Source: an uncultured Ignavibacteriales bacterium
Lineage (GTDB): Bacteria > Zixibacteria > MSB-5A5 > GN15 > FEB-12
Assembly: GCA_964557855.1 (NCBI GenBank)
Contig: CAZLBP010000014.1
Coordinates: forward strand, 13,653 to 77,652
Direction of reading: 5' to 3'
Length of the DNA stretch: 64,000 nt
The position numbers were made by a program, and so were the translations under genes. Of this stretch, positions 9,895 through 19,410 are shown piece after piece. Below the pieces are notes generated by a model. That model saw nothing but the letters and a program-made list of their open reading frames with translations, was not told the DNA's origin and ran no database searches. Each line of letters opens with the position of its first letter. Position 1 is the first letter of the stretch.

Positions 9895-10356
9895 ATGTGT
9901 GCCAAAGATTATCAGTTCTTGAAGCAGTTGGAACGCGAGCTCATTGCCGTCCTCAAGCAAGAATACTCTTTCTATCAGGAGTTGTATATAGCCCTCGATA
10001 AGCAGCGAGACTTGCTCCAATTTGACCGGGACACCCAGTTGCTGGACTTGTTCTCAGAGATAGAGCGATATCGGTCCCGGATCAAATCCTCCGAAGATCA
10101 GATTGCCTTGTTGCGCCAGAAGCACCCTGAAACCTTCAAGGCGGCGGCCGTACTCCCCGAGGTCAAGAAGATCGCCAACCGGATTGCTTCACTGGTAAGA
10201 AAGAACATGAACGTCGTGAAAGAATGTGAGGAATACCTCGAAGGCCGGTATGCCCGGATAAAGGAAGAACTGGGCGAATTGAGAAACAGTCGGAAGATAC
10301 TGCAGTACATCACGGATTCCGACCCCTCTCCCCAGTTCGTGGACGGGAAGAAATAG
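9895..10356 (+). CDS. Helical protein, possibly a FlgN/FliT-like flagellar chaperone
   Basis: 153 aa, all-helical, with a 2-nt gap after fliS and followed by flgM. The call rests on context and composition only. Confidence 0.35.
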   Translation: MCAKDYQFLKQLERELIAVLKQEYSFYQELYIALDKQRDLLQFDRDTQLLDLFSEIERYRSRIKSSEDQIALLRQKHPETFKAAAVLPEVKKIANRIASLVRKNMNVVKECEEYLEGRYARIKEELGELRNSRKILQYITDSDPSPQFVDGKK

Positions 10357-10437
10357 GAACGCAATTCTCCGGGAGTCGGCGCGACTTGAGTCGGCGCCGA
10401 TGATCAGCGGAGACAACCACTGGAAGGTGGTGAATGC

Positions 10438-10779
10438 ATGGAAATAGGACCCCTGCACAATAGTAGCAGAGCAGTTGATGAATCAGCGACAACGAACAGT
10501 CGGCCCAAGGACCGGACGTTGGAGAAGCCGCCGGCCAGAGATGACACCGTCGAGATTGTCTCGGAATCCAGGCGAAGAATCGCCCATCTGGCTGATTCGC
10601 TTCGAGCCAGGTATGGGATTACCGATGCCGTCGGTGTCAGAAAGGAGATTGACGGCGAGGCCTCGTCGGAAAGCAGTAGAATCAGAATGATTCAGGCTCG
10701 TGTCCGCTCCGGATATTACGATCAGGCGGACGTCCTGAGAATCGTAGCCGATAAAATGGCGGAAGATTTCAACTCTTAA
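10438..10779 (+). CDS. flgM: Anti-sigma-28 factor FlgM
   Basis: DTVEIVSES and the C-terminal RIRMIQARVRSGYYDQADVLRIVADKMAEDF resemble the FlgM sigma28-binding helices. Confidence 0.6.
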   Translation: MEIGPLHNSSRAVDESATTNSRPKDRTLEKPPARDDTVEIVSESRRRIAHLADSLRARYGITDAVGVRKEIDGEASSESSRIRMIQARVRSGYYDQADVLRIVADKMAEDFNS

Positions 10780-10800
10780 CTATCGAAGAAGAACAACACA

Positions 10801-11685
10801 ATGGGAACGGTAACGATTGACAACAAGGTCAGGCAAGTGCTGTCCAACGTACAGAATCTGCCCACCCCGCCAGTAGTGTTTCATCAAATTCAAAAAGTGG
10901 TCAATAACCCCAACTGTTCCGCAGCTCAAGTCGCTTCGGTGTTGTCTGAGGATCCGGCCATGTCGGTCAAAGTCCTGAAACTGACGAATTCGGCTTTCTA
11001 TGGATTATCAAGAGAAGTCGATTCCGTGAAGCAGGCGGTGGTTATAGTGGGGATGGAGGCAGTCAAGAACCTGGTACTATCGGCCAGTGTTCTGGACATG
11101 TTCAAGGGAGAAGGCATCGATCTGGACTTACAGGAGAGATACTGGCGTCATTCCTTAGCGACGGCAGCCTGTTGTCGAATTCTCACCCGAAAAGTCAAAT
11201 CCCGGTGGTTCATTGATCCGGATTCGGCTTTTTCGGCGGGACTGCTGCACGACATCGGCAAAATCGTCCTGGCCTCATTTCTCAAAGTCGAAGCTTCCCT
11301 GGTCAGGGCCGCTCGCGCCAAATCGAATACCGAGACGGACTGGACCGTTGAGGAACGAGTACTGGGCTATAACCACACTCAAATTGGCGCGTTTATGGCC
11401 GTCCACTGGAAACTGCCCGAGAAACTTTGTGATGCCATTATGTACCATCACGCGTTGCCGATCGGCCAACCGATCGACCCGCTGATTCCGGTTGTTCACC
11501 TGGCCAATCTCATTGCCAAGAAGACGTTCTATGACAAAAGCGAGGCGTACTTAGTGGGTCAACCCGATCCTTCCGTCTCTGCCTATCTGAATCTGACGAA
11601 TGACGATATGGTAGATACTGCGGAGCTTCTGAAAAACGACTTCCAGAAAGCGGAGACGTTTATGCAATTGGCGGGGTTGAATTAG
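10801..11685 (+). CDS. HDOD domain signalling protein
   Basis: LPTPPVVFHQIQKVVNNPNCSAAQVASVLSEDPAMSVKVLKLTNSAFYGL plus HD-like LLHDIGK and the YHH motif. Confidence 0.8.
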   Translation: MGTVTIDNKVRQVLSNVQNLPTPPVVFHQIQKVVNNPNCSAAQVASVLSEDPAMSVKVLKLTNSAFYGLSREVDSVKQAVVIVGMEAVKNLVLSASVLDMFKGEGIDLDLQERYWRHSLATAACCRILTRKVKSRWFIDPDSAFSAGLLHDIGKIVLASFLKVEASLVRAARAKSNTETDWTVEERVLGYNHTQIGAFMAVHWKLPEKLCDAIMYHHALPIGQPIDPLIPVVHLANLIAKKTFYDKSEAYLVGQPDPSVSAYLNLTNDDMVDTAELLKNDFQKAETFMQLAGLN

Positions 11686-11838
11686 ACCGGCAGGGCAATA
11701 CCAAACCTTGCAGCTGCGAACGAGCTCTCAGTATCCGGCAGTAGACAGCGTCTCAAACCACCTGCAAAATCACTGATCGGTGACCGATTCGCTTCAACCA
11801 CAGCTGTCGTTTTTTGCGCGACGCCGTCGAATTTCGTC

Positions 11839-11867
11839 TTGACAGTTAAACTGCGTAATGCTATGTT
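11839..11867 (+). promoter_or_regulatory. Sigma70-type promoter upstream of tRNA-Val
   Basis: TTGACA (11839-11844), a 17-nt spacer, then TATGTT (11862-11867), about 48 nt before the tRNA. Confidence 0.5.
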
Positions 11868-11915
11868 GTTAAGCTGTATCAGCAGCTGTAGAAGGCTGTG
11901 TTTAAAAAGACGGTT

Positions 11916-11992
11916 GGGCGATTAGCTCAGATGGTTAGAGTACTTGCTTGACATGCAAGGGGTCACTGGTTCAATTCCAGTATCGCCCACCA
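11916..11992 (+). tRNA. tRNA-Val (anticodon GAC), CCA encoded
   Basis: I folded the cloverleaf by hand. Acceptor stem GGGCGAT/ATCGCCC, anticodon stem CTTGC/GCAAG with loop TTGACAT, T arm ACTGG-TTCAATT-CCAGT, and a 3' ACCA. Confidence 0.9.
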
Positions 11993-12062
11993 TTAGAGTC
12001 AAAGCGGGTTCAGGTGAGCCGACTCACTGGATAATCCGCTTTATGTTACATGGATTGGAAAC

Positions 12063-13988
12063 ATGTCGGAGTTGCAGTTAACCCTGCCGGACGGGTCCGT
12101 TAAGGAATTCGAAAACGGCACGTCCGGTTTCGAAGTAGCCAAATCGATCTCACCTCGGCTGGCCAAAGAGGCCATTGCCGTCAAGGTCAATGGCGTGGTG
12201 CGCGACCTGAACGCCCCCATCCCTTCCAATGCTCATGTCCAGATATTGACGTTTGCCGATCCTGAAGGACGCGAGGTGTTCTGGCACTCCAGCTCTCATA
12301 TTATGGCGCAAGCTGTTCAGGAATTGTTCCCCGGAGTGAAGTTGGCTATAGGTCCTCCCATAGAAGAGGGCTGGTATTATGATTTCGAAGTCGACAAGCC
12401 GTTTTCACCGGAAGACCTGGAGAAGATCGAACGTCGGATGCAGGAAATCATCGATGAGGACGCCGAGTTCTCGTGCGAAGTGAAGCCCAAGTCCGAGGCG
12501 ATCCGGTACTACAAGGAAAAAGGGGAGAGATACAAAGTCGAATTGCTGGAAGAGTTCGAAGATGAGGAAGTCTCCCTCTACCAACACTCCCGGTTCGTGG
12601 ACCTGTGTCGTGGGCCGCACATACCCCGTACCGGCATCATCAAAGCGTTCAAGTTAACGGCCTCATCCGGCGCCTACTGGCGTGGCGACGAAAACCGGCA
12701 GATGCTGCAGCGTATTTACGGCGTATCGTACTCGAAGAAGTCGATGCTGGATGATTATCTCCACCGCATGGAGGAGGCCAAAAGACGAGACCACCGCGTG
12801 ATTGGTAAGCAGCTGGACCTGTATTCCATTTCCGAAGAGGTCGGCGCCGGACTCATTCTGTGGCACCCCAAAGGGGCCCGCATCAGGCATGAAATCGAGA
12901 ACTTCTGGCGGGAAGAACACCTCAAGGCGGGTTACGATCTCGTATATTCGCCGCATATCGCCAATCGCTCCCTCTGGGACCAGAGCGGCCATACCGAGTT
13001 TTTCACGGAGTCGATGTTCGGACCCATGGACGTCGAAGGCAGGTTGTACCAACTTAAGCCGATGAACTGTCCGTTTCATATACAAATGTACAAGACCCGG
13101 CTGTGGTCCTATCGTGATCTGCCTCTTCGCTGGGCCGAATTGGGTACGGTGTACCGATTCGAGCGGGCCGGGACGCTCCACGGTCTGATGCGCGTGCGCG
13201 GTTTGACACAGGACGATGCTCACCATTTCGTCACTCAGGAAAACATGGAAGAAGAAGTGCTGTGGGTCCTGAATTTTTGCGTGCACATTCTGAAGTCATT
13301 CGGCTTTTCGAAATACGATATCTTTTTGTCCACTCGTCCCGAAAAGGCCATCGGCAGACCGGAAGATTGGGTCCGGGCAGAAAAAAGCCTGCAGTCGGCT
13401 TTGGAAAAGGCCGGCCTGTCCTACCGGATCGATGAGGGGGAAGGCGCCTTCTACGGCCCCAAGATCGACTTGCAGATCAAGGACGCTCTCAATCGAGGTT
13501 GGCAGTGTTCGACCATACAGTTCGATTTTTCGTTACCGGAACGTTTCGATTTGACCTATATCGACCGTGACGGTCAGCAGAAACGACCGTACATGATCCA
13601 TCGCGCCCTGCTCGGAGCCGTGGAACGATTCTTCGGCGTCCTCGTTGAACATTATGCCGGTGACTTCCCGCTCTGGCTGGCTCCCGTGCAGGTGAAGGTT
13701 TTGCCGATCACTGACGATTTCAACGAATACGGGTCTGAAGTCGTCCGACAGTTGAAACAACAGGGCATCCGGGCTGAACTTGACGACCGCTCGGAGAAAG
13801 TCGGTGCAAAAATACGAGATGCAGAAATGGAGAAGGTCCCGTATATGTTGATTACCGGCGCCAAAGAGATTGAGAACAATACAGTGTCTCTCCGCAAACA
13901 TGGAGCCGGTGACCTGGGATCCAGGTCGGTGGCTGATGTGACCACGTTGATGCTGGAGGAGATAGAAAAGAAAGGGATAACCCAGTAA
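12063..13988 (+). CDS. thrS: Threonyl-tRNA synthetase
   Basis: 641 aa with an N-terminal TGS domain, an editing domain, class II motifs (FRGEDA-like RFERAGTLHGLMRVRGLTQDDAH) and an anticodon-binding C-terminus. Confidence 0.95.
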   Translation: MSELQLTLPDGSVKEFENGTSGFEVAKSISPRLAKEAIAVKVNGVVRDLNAPIPSNAHVQILTFADPEGREVFWHSSSHIMAQAVQELFPGVKLAIGPPIEEGWYYDFEVDKPFSPEDLEKIERRMQEIIDEDAEFSCEVKPKSEAIRYYKEKGERYKVELLEEFEDEEVSLYQHSRFVDLCRGPHIPRTGIIKAFKLTASSGAYWRGDENRQMLQRIYGVSYSKKSMLDDYLHRMEEAKRRDHRVIGKQLDLYSISEEVGAGLILWHPKGARIRHEIENFWREEHLKAGYDLVYSPHIANRSLWDQSGHTEFFTESMFGPMDVEGRLYQLKPMNCPFHIQMYKTRLWSYRDLPLRWAELGTVYRFERAGTLHGLMRVRGLTQDDAHHFVTQENMEEEVLWVLNFCVHILKSFGFSKYDIFLSTRPEKAIGRPEDWVRAEKSLQSALEKAGLSYRIDEGEGAFYGPKIDLQIKDALNRGWQCSTIQFDFSLPERFDLTYIDRDGQQKRPYMIHRALLGAVERFFGVLVEHYAGDFPLWLAPVQVKVLPITDDFNEYGSEVVRQLKQQGIRAELDDRSEKVGAKIRDAEMEKVPYMLITGAKEIENNTVSLRKHGAGDLGSRSVADVTTLMLEEIEKKGITQ

Positions 13989-14009
13989 CGGTGTACTTAG
14001 GAGGATTTT

Positions 14010-14621
14010 ATAAGTAGTAAAGACTTACGCATAAATCACCGAATCAAGATCTCACCGATTCGGTTGATAGGTCCTGACGGCGAACAAATTGGGATTTTGC
14101 CAACTTCCGAGGCGCTGCAAAAGGCGAAGGACTATGGTTTGGACCTGGTCGAAGTGGCTCCCAACAGTCGGCCGCCCGTCTGTCGGATTCTGGACTACGG
14201 CAAATATAAATACGAACTGTCAAAGAAAGACCGGCAGGCCAAGAAGAGGCAACACTCGGTTCAACTCAAGGAGATGCGCTACCGCCCGAAAATCGATGAG
14301 CATGATTTTCAGTTCAAGACGAAGCATGTGCGGAATTTCATTGAAAGCGGGAGTAAGGTAAAGGCGTTCGTTCTCTTCAAAGGCCGAGAGATGGCGCATA
14401 CGGAGTTAGGCCGAATAATACTGGATCGGGTTGCCGAAGAGCTCAATGACATAGCCACGGTTGATATTCCGCCCAAGCAGGATGGCCGCAACATGAGCAT
14501 GGTGCTGGTGCCCCGACCCGAGGTGCTGAAACAACTCAAGCAGGATAACGACCGCAAAAAGACGGAAGAAAAACAGAAAGAAGAATTGCAGACTGAAGAT
14601 AAAGTGAATTCCGAAAAGTAA
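14010..14621 (+). CDS. infC: Translation initiation factor IF-3 with a non-canonical ATA start
   Basis: The conserved N-domain [24 protein letters not shown] lies upstream of the first TTG (14064). An in-frame TAG sits at 13998-14000 and no ATG or GTG lies between. ATA 14010 is 5 nt after AGGAGG (13999-14004). Confidence 0.85.
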   Translation: MSSKDLRINHRIKISPIRLIGPDGEQIGILPTSEALQKAKDYGLDLVEVAPNSRPPVCRILDYGKYKYELSKKDRQAKKRQHSVQLKEMRYRPKIDEHDFQFKTKHVRNFIESGSKVKAFVLFKGREMAHTELGRIILDRVAEELNDIATVDIPPKQDGRNMSMVLVPRPEVLKQLKQDNDRKKTEEKQKEELQTEDKVNSEK

Positions 14622-14646
14622 CCAGCAATCGAGCGAAGGTCAGACT

Positions 14647-14844
14647 ATGCCGAAAATGAAAACGCAACGCGGCGCCGCCAAACGGTTCAAGAAGACGGCG
14701 TCCGGTAAGATAAAGAGACATCGCGCTTACAAAACGCACATTCTTACCAAGAAAAGCCCCAAACGTCTCAGGAAACTGCGCAAACCGGCGCTGATTTCAA
14801 AGGCCGACCTGCAGCGGGTCCGGATAATGATCCCCTCGATGTAG
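14647..14844 (+). CDS. rpmI: Ribosomal protein L35
   Basis: [24 protein letters not shown]; conserved infC-rpmI-rplT order. Confidence 0.9.
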   Translation: MPKMKTQRGAAKRFKKTASGKIKRHRAYKTHILTKKSPKRLRKLRKPALISKADLQRVRIMIPSM

Positions 14845-14893
14845 TCGATGGGAAACAGGTTGTCGGAAGATTCAACAAAGGAGTTAGTGCAAT

Positions 14894-15244
14894 ATGCCTC
14901 GTGCGAAGAATAATGTAGCCGCTCACAAACGCCACCGCGAAGTCCTTAAGAAGGCGCGGGGTAACTACGGCGCCCGGAGTCGGCTCTATCGTACCGCTCT
15001 GGAAACGGTCAACAAAGGGCTGAAATACGCCTACCGGGACCGCCGCAACAAGAAACGGGATTTTCGGCGGTTGTGGATTACCCGCATTTCCGCCGCAGCC
15101 CAAATGTGCGGGACGAATTACTCTACATTCATTGCCGGCCTGAAGAAGTCCGGAGTTAACCTCGATCGCAAAATGCTGGCCGATATTGCGGCGCGCGATA
15201 TGGCCACGTTCCAATCCCTGGCCAGAATGGCCGCCGGCGAATAA
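14894..15244 (+). CDS. rplT: Ribosomal protein L20
   Basis: MPRAKNNVAAHKRHREVLKKARGNYGARSRLYR. Confidence 0.95.
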   Translation: MPRAKNNVAAHKRHREVLKKARGNYGARSRLYRTALETVNKGLKYAYRDRRNKKRDFRRLWITRISAAAQMCGTNYSTFIAGLKKSGVNLDRKMLADIAARDMATFQSLARMAAGE

Positions 15245-15262
15245 CGCGGATTACTCTGTCAC

Positions 15263-16276
15263 ATGGCCACCCGGGATGAAATAACCGCCCTGGAACAGGA
15301 AGCAACGAAGCGGATCAGGCAGGCCGATTCGGAAGATGCGCTCAATGATCTCCGAGTCGAATACCTGGGTCGAAAGGGTAGAGTTAAAGCGATTCTCGGC
15401 AGTCTCGGCAAGCTGCCCGCCGACGAGCGAAAAGAAATCGGGGCGGCCGCCAACAAGTGCCGGGCGAGTATTGAAGGGGCGCTGGAAGCAGTACGGAAAG
15501 AGCTGGCTTCAGGCAAAGAGAAAGCGGGACTCGATCCTACGTTGCCGGGCACGGCTCAGTACGTCGGAGTGACTCACATTATTAATCAAGTCATGCAGGA
15601 TATCTGTGAGATTTTTCACGGCATGGGCTTCGAAATCGCGCGCGGGCCGGACATTGAGACAGATTACTACAATTTCGAAGGGCTCAACTTTCCACCCGAT
15701 CACCCCGCCCGAGACATGCAGGATACGATGTTCGTTGAGGGCGGACGCCTGTTGCGCACTCACACCACTCCCGTCCAGGCGCGAGAACTGGAAAAGCGTC
15801 AGCCCCCCATCAAGGCGATCACACCCGGACTTTGTGCTCGCAACGAAGCTATTTCGACTCGCTCCCATGTCGCCTTCTATCAGGTGGACGGCTTTCTCGT
15901 CGATGAGGGGATAACCTTGGCCGATTTGAAAGGGGCGCTGGTCGCCTTCTGCAAAGCTTTTTTTGGCGAACAGGTCAGGCTCAATTTCCGGCCCTCCTAT
16001 TTCCCCTTCACGGAACCCTCGGCCGAAGTGGACATCTCTTGCTTCCTGTGCAATGGTGAAGGCTGCCAGGTGTGCAAGTACGCCGGCTGGCTGGAAATCC
16101 TCGGTTGCGGCATGATCGATCCGGCTGTTCTGGAGAACGCCGGCATCGACAGCGAGAAGTACACCGGCTATGCTTTCGGAATGGGCGTCGAACGTCCGGC
16201 CATGTTGAAGTACAGAATCAACGATATTAGACTCTTTTTTAACAACGACATACGATTTCTCAGACAGTTTCGGTAA
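15263..16276 (+). CDS. pheS: Phenylalanyl-tRNA synthetase alpha subunit
   Basis: HPARDMQDTMF, FRPSYFPFTEPS and GMGVERPAML motifs. Confidence 0.95.
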   Translation: MATRDEITALEQEATKRIRQADSEDALNDLRVEYLGRKGRVKAILGSLGKLPADERKEIGAAANKCRASIEGALEAVRKELASGKEKAGLDPTLPGTAQYVGVTHIINQVMQDICEIFHGMGFEIARGPDIETDYYNFEGLNFPPDHPARDMQDTMFVEGGRLLRTHTTPVQARELEKRQPPIKAITPGLCARNEAISTRSHVAFYQVDGFLVDEGITLADLKGALVAFCKAFFGEQVRLNFRPSYFPFTEPSAEVDISCFLCNGEGCQVCKYAGWLEILGCGMIDPAVLENAGIDSEKYTGYAFGMGVERPAMLKYRINDIRLFFNNDIRFLRQFR

Positions 16277-16279
16277 ACG

Positions 16280-18667
16280 ATGAAGACCTCCTATAAATGG
16301 CTCCGGGAACTGACCGGCCTGGAATGGTCCGTGGAAGAAATGGCGCAACGCCTGACCAACTGCGGCACGGCCTGCGAGGGAATTACGGCGACGGATCGGT
16401 ATATGAAGAACGTGGTCGTGGGACAGGTGCGCGACCTGCGCCCAATCGAAGGAGCGGACAAGCTCCGGTTGGCCGGCGTCGAACTTGGTTCCGAGACAAA
16501 AGACTTGGTCTGCGGTGCACCGAACGTGGCCGTCGGTCAGTATGTGCCGGTGGCGCTGGCAGGCGCCCGATTGAGCGGCGATATCGTCATTGGACCCGCC
16601 CGGATCAGGGGCGTGGAATCGCACGGAATGATATGTTCCGAAAGAGAACTGGGCATTTCCGATGATCATTCCGGTATCATGGTGCTCAATGGCGACATAA
16701 GGCTCGGTATGCCTCTGGTTGACTACCTGGAATATGATGACTATCAGCTTACATTTGAGTTGACACCGAACCGGCCTGACTCCCTGAGCGCCATCGGCAT
16801 CGCTCGCGATGCCGCCGCGCTGGCTTCCGTACCGGTTAGAAAGCCACAGTTCAGTATAACTGAATCAGATAAGCCGGCCTCCCAGTATGTGGCTGTCAGC
16901 ATTGAAGATCCGGGAGCCTGTCCGAGATACGCGGCCAGGGTCATCGAAAACGTTACTATCGGTGAATCACCCTGGTGGCTGAAGCGAAAACTGCTGATCT
17001 GCGGCGTTCGTCCTATAAACAATGTGGTCGATGTTACCAACTACGTTTTGCTGGAGTGCGGGCACCCGCTGCATGCGTTTGACCTCGATCGATTCGGATC
17101 GAAGGAAGTGGTCGTCCGACGGGCCAGGGATAAAGAACGATTCACCACTTTGGACGGCAGAGAACACGAACTAATACCCGACGTGCTCCTGATTACGAAC
17201 GGCAAAGAAGGAGTGGCGGCCGCCGGGGTTATGGGCGGGATGAATTCCGAAGTCGAGGAAGCCACAACCAACATCCTGCTGGAATCCGCTTATTTCAATC
17301 CCTCAGTAATCAGACAGAGCCGCAAGCATCTGGGTCTCGTTACGGAATCATCCAGCCGCTTCGAAAAAGGAGCCGATCCGAACAACGGCGTCGAATATGC
17401 GATAAACCGCGCCGCCTGTCTGATGGCGGAGCTCTGCGGCGGCGAGGTCTTGAATGGTATCGTCGACTGTTATCCGAATCGAATCGAGCCCAAAACGGTC
17501 AACATGCGTCCCGAACGATGTAATGCCATACTCGGGACAGACCTGTCGACGGATCGGATGCTGGAGATATTCCGAAACCTGGAGTTTGCAGTCGAAGAAA
17601 AGGCGCCGATAAGGGTCACAGTGCCTACCTTCCGACCCGATATAGAAAGGGAAATCGACCTCATAGAAGAAGTGGTCCGGATCGAGGGTTTTGTTAGCGT
17701 GCCGGATTCGATTTCGAATGTCGGACCATTGTATACTCCGGTGGATTATCGCGAACGATTCAAGCACGAACTTCGCCACTTGCTCACCGCGGCCGGGTTT
17801 GACGAAATACTCAGCCACGGCTTAGCAGACAGTCGACTGGCTAAGCGGGTATATCCTGAATTGCCGCTGGTTAAGATCTCGAATCCCGTCTCAGCCGATC
17901 TCGACGTCATGCGCAACAGCCTGGTATCATCGGTACTGACGGCTATCAGTCACAACATCTCGCACAGAAATCTGGATTTGAGACTTTTCGAAATGGGAAG
18001 AGCCTATTTCCCTCCCGATGAAAAGCAAACCTGGGTGGAAGAAGAGCTTCTGGCCATGGCGGTCACCGGGAAGTCCCCGAATACCTGGCGAGACATTCCC
18101 CGACTATATGATTTCTACGATGTTGTAGGCGCTTTGAACATTGTGGCAGATCATTTTCGGTGGGGGCAATTCGACATAGTGCCGGCAGACGTACCATTTC
18201 TAGAACCGGGATTGTCTTACGAGCTGAAATTGGACGGTCGACAGTGTGGCGCGGTCGGTCAACTGGCTGAAAGTCTCGTAGACTATCTCGATATCAAGCA
18301 ACCGCTCTATATTGCTGAAATGAGTGTTCAATCGTTCATGCAACGGGAAACACGGAGGATCGAGTTCGAACCTTTGCCGCTCTACCCGGCAGCGTACCGC
18401 GATCTGGCCCTCGTTGTTGCCAACGCTGTTCCCGCCGGGGAGTTAATTGATACCGTGAAGAGTACGGCCGGAGAATTGGCGGAATCGGTGAAGATATTCG
18501 ACCTCTATACTGGGAAGCAGATAGAAAAAGGTAAGAAGTCCATTGCTATGGCTATTAACTTCCGTTCTCGTGAGGGGAGTTTATCAAGCAAGGAAGTCGA
18601 TGAAATTCAAGAGAATATAGTTGCTGCACTAAAGAAGCGGTTTAACGCAGAGATCAGGGATTACTGA
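16280..18667 (+). CDS. pheT: Phenylalanyl-tRNA synthetase beta subunit
   Basis: 795 aa with N-terminus MKTSYKWLRELTG, a tRNA-binding domain, and B3/4, B5 and FDX-ACB domains in order. Confidence 0.95.
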   Translation: MKTSYKWLRELTGLEWSVEEMAQRLTNCGTACEGITATDRYMKNVVVGQVRDLRPIEGADKLRLAGVELGSETKDLVCGAPNVAVGQYVPVALAGARLSGDIVIGPARIRGVESHGMICSERELGISDDHSGIMVLNGDIRLGMPLVDYLEYDDYQLTFELTPNRPDSLSAIGIARDAAALASVPVRKPQFSITESDKPASQYVAVSIEDPGACPRYAARVIENVTIGESPWWLKRKLLICGVRPINNVVDVTNYVLLECGHPLHAFDLDRFGSKEVVVRRARDKERFTTLDGREHELIPDVLLITNGKEGVAAAGVMGGMNSEVEEATTNILLESAYFNPSVIRQSRKHLGLVTESSSRFEKGADPNNGVEYAINRAACLMAELCGGEVLNGIVDCYPNRIEPKTVNMRPERCNAILGTDLSTDRMLEIFRNLEFAVEEKAPIRVTVPTFRPDIEREIDLIEEVVRIEGFVSVPDSISNVGPLYTPVDYRERFKHELRHLLTAAGFDEILSHGLADSRLAKRVYPELPLVKISNPVSADLDVMRNSLVSSVLTAISHNISHRNLDLRLFEMGRAYFPPDEKQTWVEEELLAMAVTGKSPNTWRDIPRLYDFYDVVGALNIVADHFRWGQFDIVPADVPFLEPGLSYELKLDGRQCGAVGQLAESLVDYLDIKQPLYIAEMSVQSFMQRETRRIEFEPLPLYPAAYRDLALVVANAVPAGELIDTVKSTAGELAESVKIFDLYTGKQIEKGKKSIAMAINFRSREGSLSSKEVDEIQENIVAALKKRFNAEIRDY

Positions 18668-18669
18668 GT

Positions 18670-18912
18670 ATGAGAGAGAAAATCGATAAGTTGGCTGAGA
18701 GAATCAACCTCTTGCTGGACCTGGTTGCCAGTCATGAGAAGATGAACCAGGCCCTCAAAGACGAGAATAGTCGATTGCAGGACGAAGTGAAGCGACTCAC
18801 GAGAGAAGGGCAACTTCTTCGGACTACTCAGATTGACAATTCTCAGTTGGTGAAATCCAGACTAGTGGGTGTTCTGGATCGGCTTGAAGAGCTCGAAGAA
18901 ATCAGCCGCTAG
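18670..18912 (+). CDS. Small coiled-coil protein, ZapB-like
   Basis: 80 aa, a single heptad-rich helix, with a 2-nt gap after pheT and directly upstream of zapA. The call is context-based. Confidence 0.35.
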   Translation: MREKIDKLAERINLLLDLVASHEKMNQALKDENSRLQDEVKRLTREGQLLRTTQIDNSQLVKSRLVGVLDRLEELEEISR

Positions 18913-18919
18913 ATTTTAC

Positions 18920-18948
18920 TTGACATTTGCAATCTTGTATAATATAAG
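18920..18948 (+). promoter_or_regulatory. Sigma70-type promoter upstream of zapA
   Basis: TTGACA (18920-18925), a 17-nt spacer, then TATAAG (18943-18948). An overlapping TGTATAAT could act as an extended -10 alternative. Confidence 0.45.
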
Positions 18949-19018
18949 CTATTGTGACAAAGTAGGATAAGAGAATATCGGCTTGGTGATACACTGTTAG
19001 AATTGAATTGCTGACAAA

Positions 19019-19333
19019 ATGGCAGAACACAGAGTTGTAGTTCATATTCTTGGCGAAGAATACCCCATATCCGGGGTTACTGACCCAGCGCATATAACAA
19101 AGGCGGCTGATGTCGTTGATTCCAGAATGAGAGAAGCAGAGCAGAAGAGTCCGGTTCGCGGAAGAGACAAACTGGCTATATTAGCGGCCATGTCTCTGGC
19201 GTCCGAGCTGCTCGATAAGGCTTCAGAGTCCGAACAACTTGAAGCCGAATTGGGCCGGAAGCTGGACGAAATGCTGGATCAACTCGATCACGCCTGGCCC
19301 GCTCTGAGCAACAAGCAGATGTCGGGCTCATAG
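19019..19333 (+). CDS. zapA: Cell division protein ZapA
   Basis: VVVHILGEEYPISGVTDPAHITKAADVVDSRMREAEQ...LAILAAMSLASELL matches the ZapA pattern. Confidence 0.75.
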   Translation: MAEHRVVVHILGEEYPISGVTDPAHITKAADVVDSRMREAEQKSPVRGRDKLAILAAMSLASELLDKASESEQLEAELGRKLDEMLDQLDHAWPALSNKQMSGS

Positions 19334-19410
19334 TCACCTTTCTGTATTTTCTTCATCCTGTATACTTAACATAGATTCTGCATCCGGTATGTTCTACCGG
19401 GTGGGAGGCA

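Noticed and set aside
10390-10420. GCCGATGA (sigma28 -10-like) and the direct repeat GAGTCGGCGC x2 upstream of flgM.
   Set aside because: There is no TAAA-like -35 at the required 15-nt spacing. The repeat is short and GC-rich, and it may simply form a small hairpin.
15509-16669. Long antisense ORFs opposite well-supported genes. Examples are 15509..16669 -, 33918..35258 -, 31693..32820 +, 27954..29036 -, 47623..48684 -, 59316..60236 - and 1167..2075 -.
   Set aside because: Each lies entirely opposite a gene with clear family motifs (pheS/pheT, iorA, GlpX-like and so on). Their Arg/Gly/Pro-rich composition is typical of shadow frames in GC-rich coding DNA. None has recognisable motifs.
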